Below, piece after piece: positions 123,242 to 124,000 of a stretch of 124,000 bases of DNA. This DNA comes from Hyalangium minutum (GTDB taxonomy: Bacteria; Myxococcota; Myxococcia; Myxococcales; Myxococcaceae): positions 20,001 to 144,000 of the forward strand of contig NZ_JMCB01000006.1 in the NCBI RefSeq assembly GCF_000737315.1. Direction: 5' to 3'. Positions within the stretch are counted from its first letter, which is position 1. Every line of letters starts with the position of its first letter. Under the pieces are notes generated by a model. It was not told where the DNA came from. It saw nothing but the letters and a program-made list of their open reading frames with translations, and did no database searches. A program made the translations under genes and the position numbers.

Positions 123242-123517
123242 TCAGGCCACCGGGCGGCCAATCAAGCGCAGCTTCTCGGCGCGAGTCAGCCGCTTGAGGG
123301 CGGCCTCCCGGCGCAGGGCGGTACCCCGGTCTTCGGCGGGCTCGCTCCACACCAGCTTCACGGGGAGGCGGGCCCGCGTGTACGCGGCCCCCTTGCCTCG
123401 CCCGTGCGTGGCGAGCCGACGCTCCAGGTTGTTGGTGGCGCCGGTGTACAGCGTCCCATCACGGCAGCGCAGCATGTAGACGGTCCAACAGCTGGGGGCG
123501 TCCGGCACGCGCGCCAC
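123242..123517 (-). CDS. GIY-YIG nuclease (YhbQ/UPF0213-like)
   Basis: VYMLRC.DGTLYTGATNNLERRLATH...ALRREAALK. Confidence 0.88.
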   Translation of the reverse strand: MARVPDAPSCWTVYMLRCRDGTLYTGATNNLERRLATHGRGKGAAYTRARLPVKLVWSEPAEDRGTALRREAALKRLTRAEKLRLIGRPVA

Positions 123518-123539
123518 TGTACCGCAACCGCGCGGAGCT

Positions 123540-123809
123540 TCAGTGGCCGTAGGCCTGGCGCCCCCAGTCCACAGGAGGGCCACACTCCTCCATCACCTCG
123601 GAAACCCGGAGGAGTGGGTCCACTTCCCAAGCTTCGAGAATCCGTGCCTCGCTGATCAGCCCGAGGAGCGTTCCCTTCTCCTCCACGACCGGAAGAAGGC
123701 GCACTTGGTGACGTTCCATCACCCTTAGGGCACACAGCAGGGTATCTGTGGGCAAAACGGTGACAGTCCCCGGTACTGCCGCTTCCTCGCTCGTTCCATG
123801 CTGCTGCAT
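123540..123809 (-). CDS. Small CBS domain protein
   Basis: ALRVMERHQVRLLPVVEEKGTLLGLIS. Confidence 0.75.
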   Translation of the reverse strand: MQQHGTSEEAAVPGTVTVLPTDTLLCALRVMERHQVRLLPVVEEKGTLLGLISEARILEAWEVDPLLRVSEVMEECGPPVDWGRQAYGH

Positions 123810-123955
123810 CTCGAACCTCCCTGGCCTCAGTCACGGGGGAGTAATGCAACCGGCCTGCCGAACCATGTGGGTGCTCACTTTTCGACAGAGCACCCAACGT
123901 GCCAGGGCGTTAGGCTGGCGGGGTGAGGCGAATCCAGACGCCGAGGCTGGTCCGC

Positions 123956-124000
123956 ATGGCGGACCTCTTCTCCCGGGCGGTGAGCCGCAACGGCGAGGGG
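123956..124000 (+). CDS. Possible 5' start of a gene truncated by the window (MADLFSRAVSRNGEG)
   Basis: ATG with open frame to the edge; too short to assign. Confidence 0.3.
   Translation, partial: MADLFSRAVSRNGEG

Noticed and set aside
123242-123517. GIY-YIG as a homing endonuclease or mobile element
   Set aside because: Short YhbQ-type protein, with no intron or element boundaries.

Overview
GC-rich chromosomal window from a myxobacterium, probably Cystobacterineae/Archangiaceae. This is inferred from an eps locus syntenic with Myxococcus, many orphan histidine and Ser/Thr kinases, and ADYC, PEGA and M57 families. About 80 CDS are supported; I found no rRNA, tRNA, CRISPR array, transposase or integrase. 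The standout is a ~25 kb same-strand block at 5.8-31.3 kb. It holds a yfa/mag-type alpha-2-macroglobulin operon whose macroglobulin has an intact GCLEQ thioester and whose partner fuses a zincin, a PBP and a SpoIID domain. Next come a 2797-aa exported TED-like/CARDB/FG-GAP/Ig scaffold, a signal-peptide-bearing pseudo-transglutaminase-Rhs toxin, and a small 2-TM immunity candidate. Other highlights: a topoisomerase III-RecQ-HRDC fusion; a kinase-STAND-FGE receptor beside an ADYC lipoprotein; a compact eps cluster with a 45-bp tandem duplication in epsX; an SBP-driven multi-kinase relay next to eps; and a decayed kinase fragment. All family calls come from motif recognition by eye, not database searches, and many start codons are my re-assignments.
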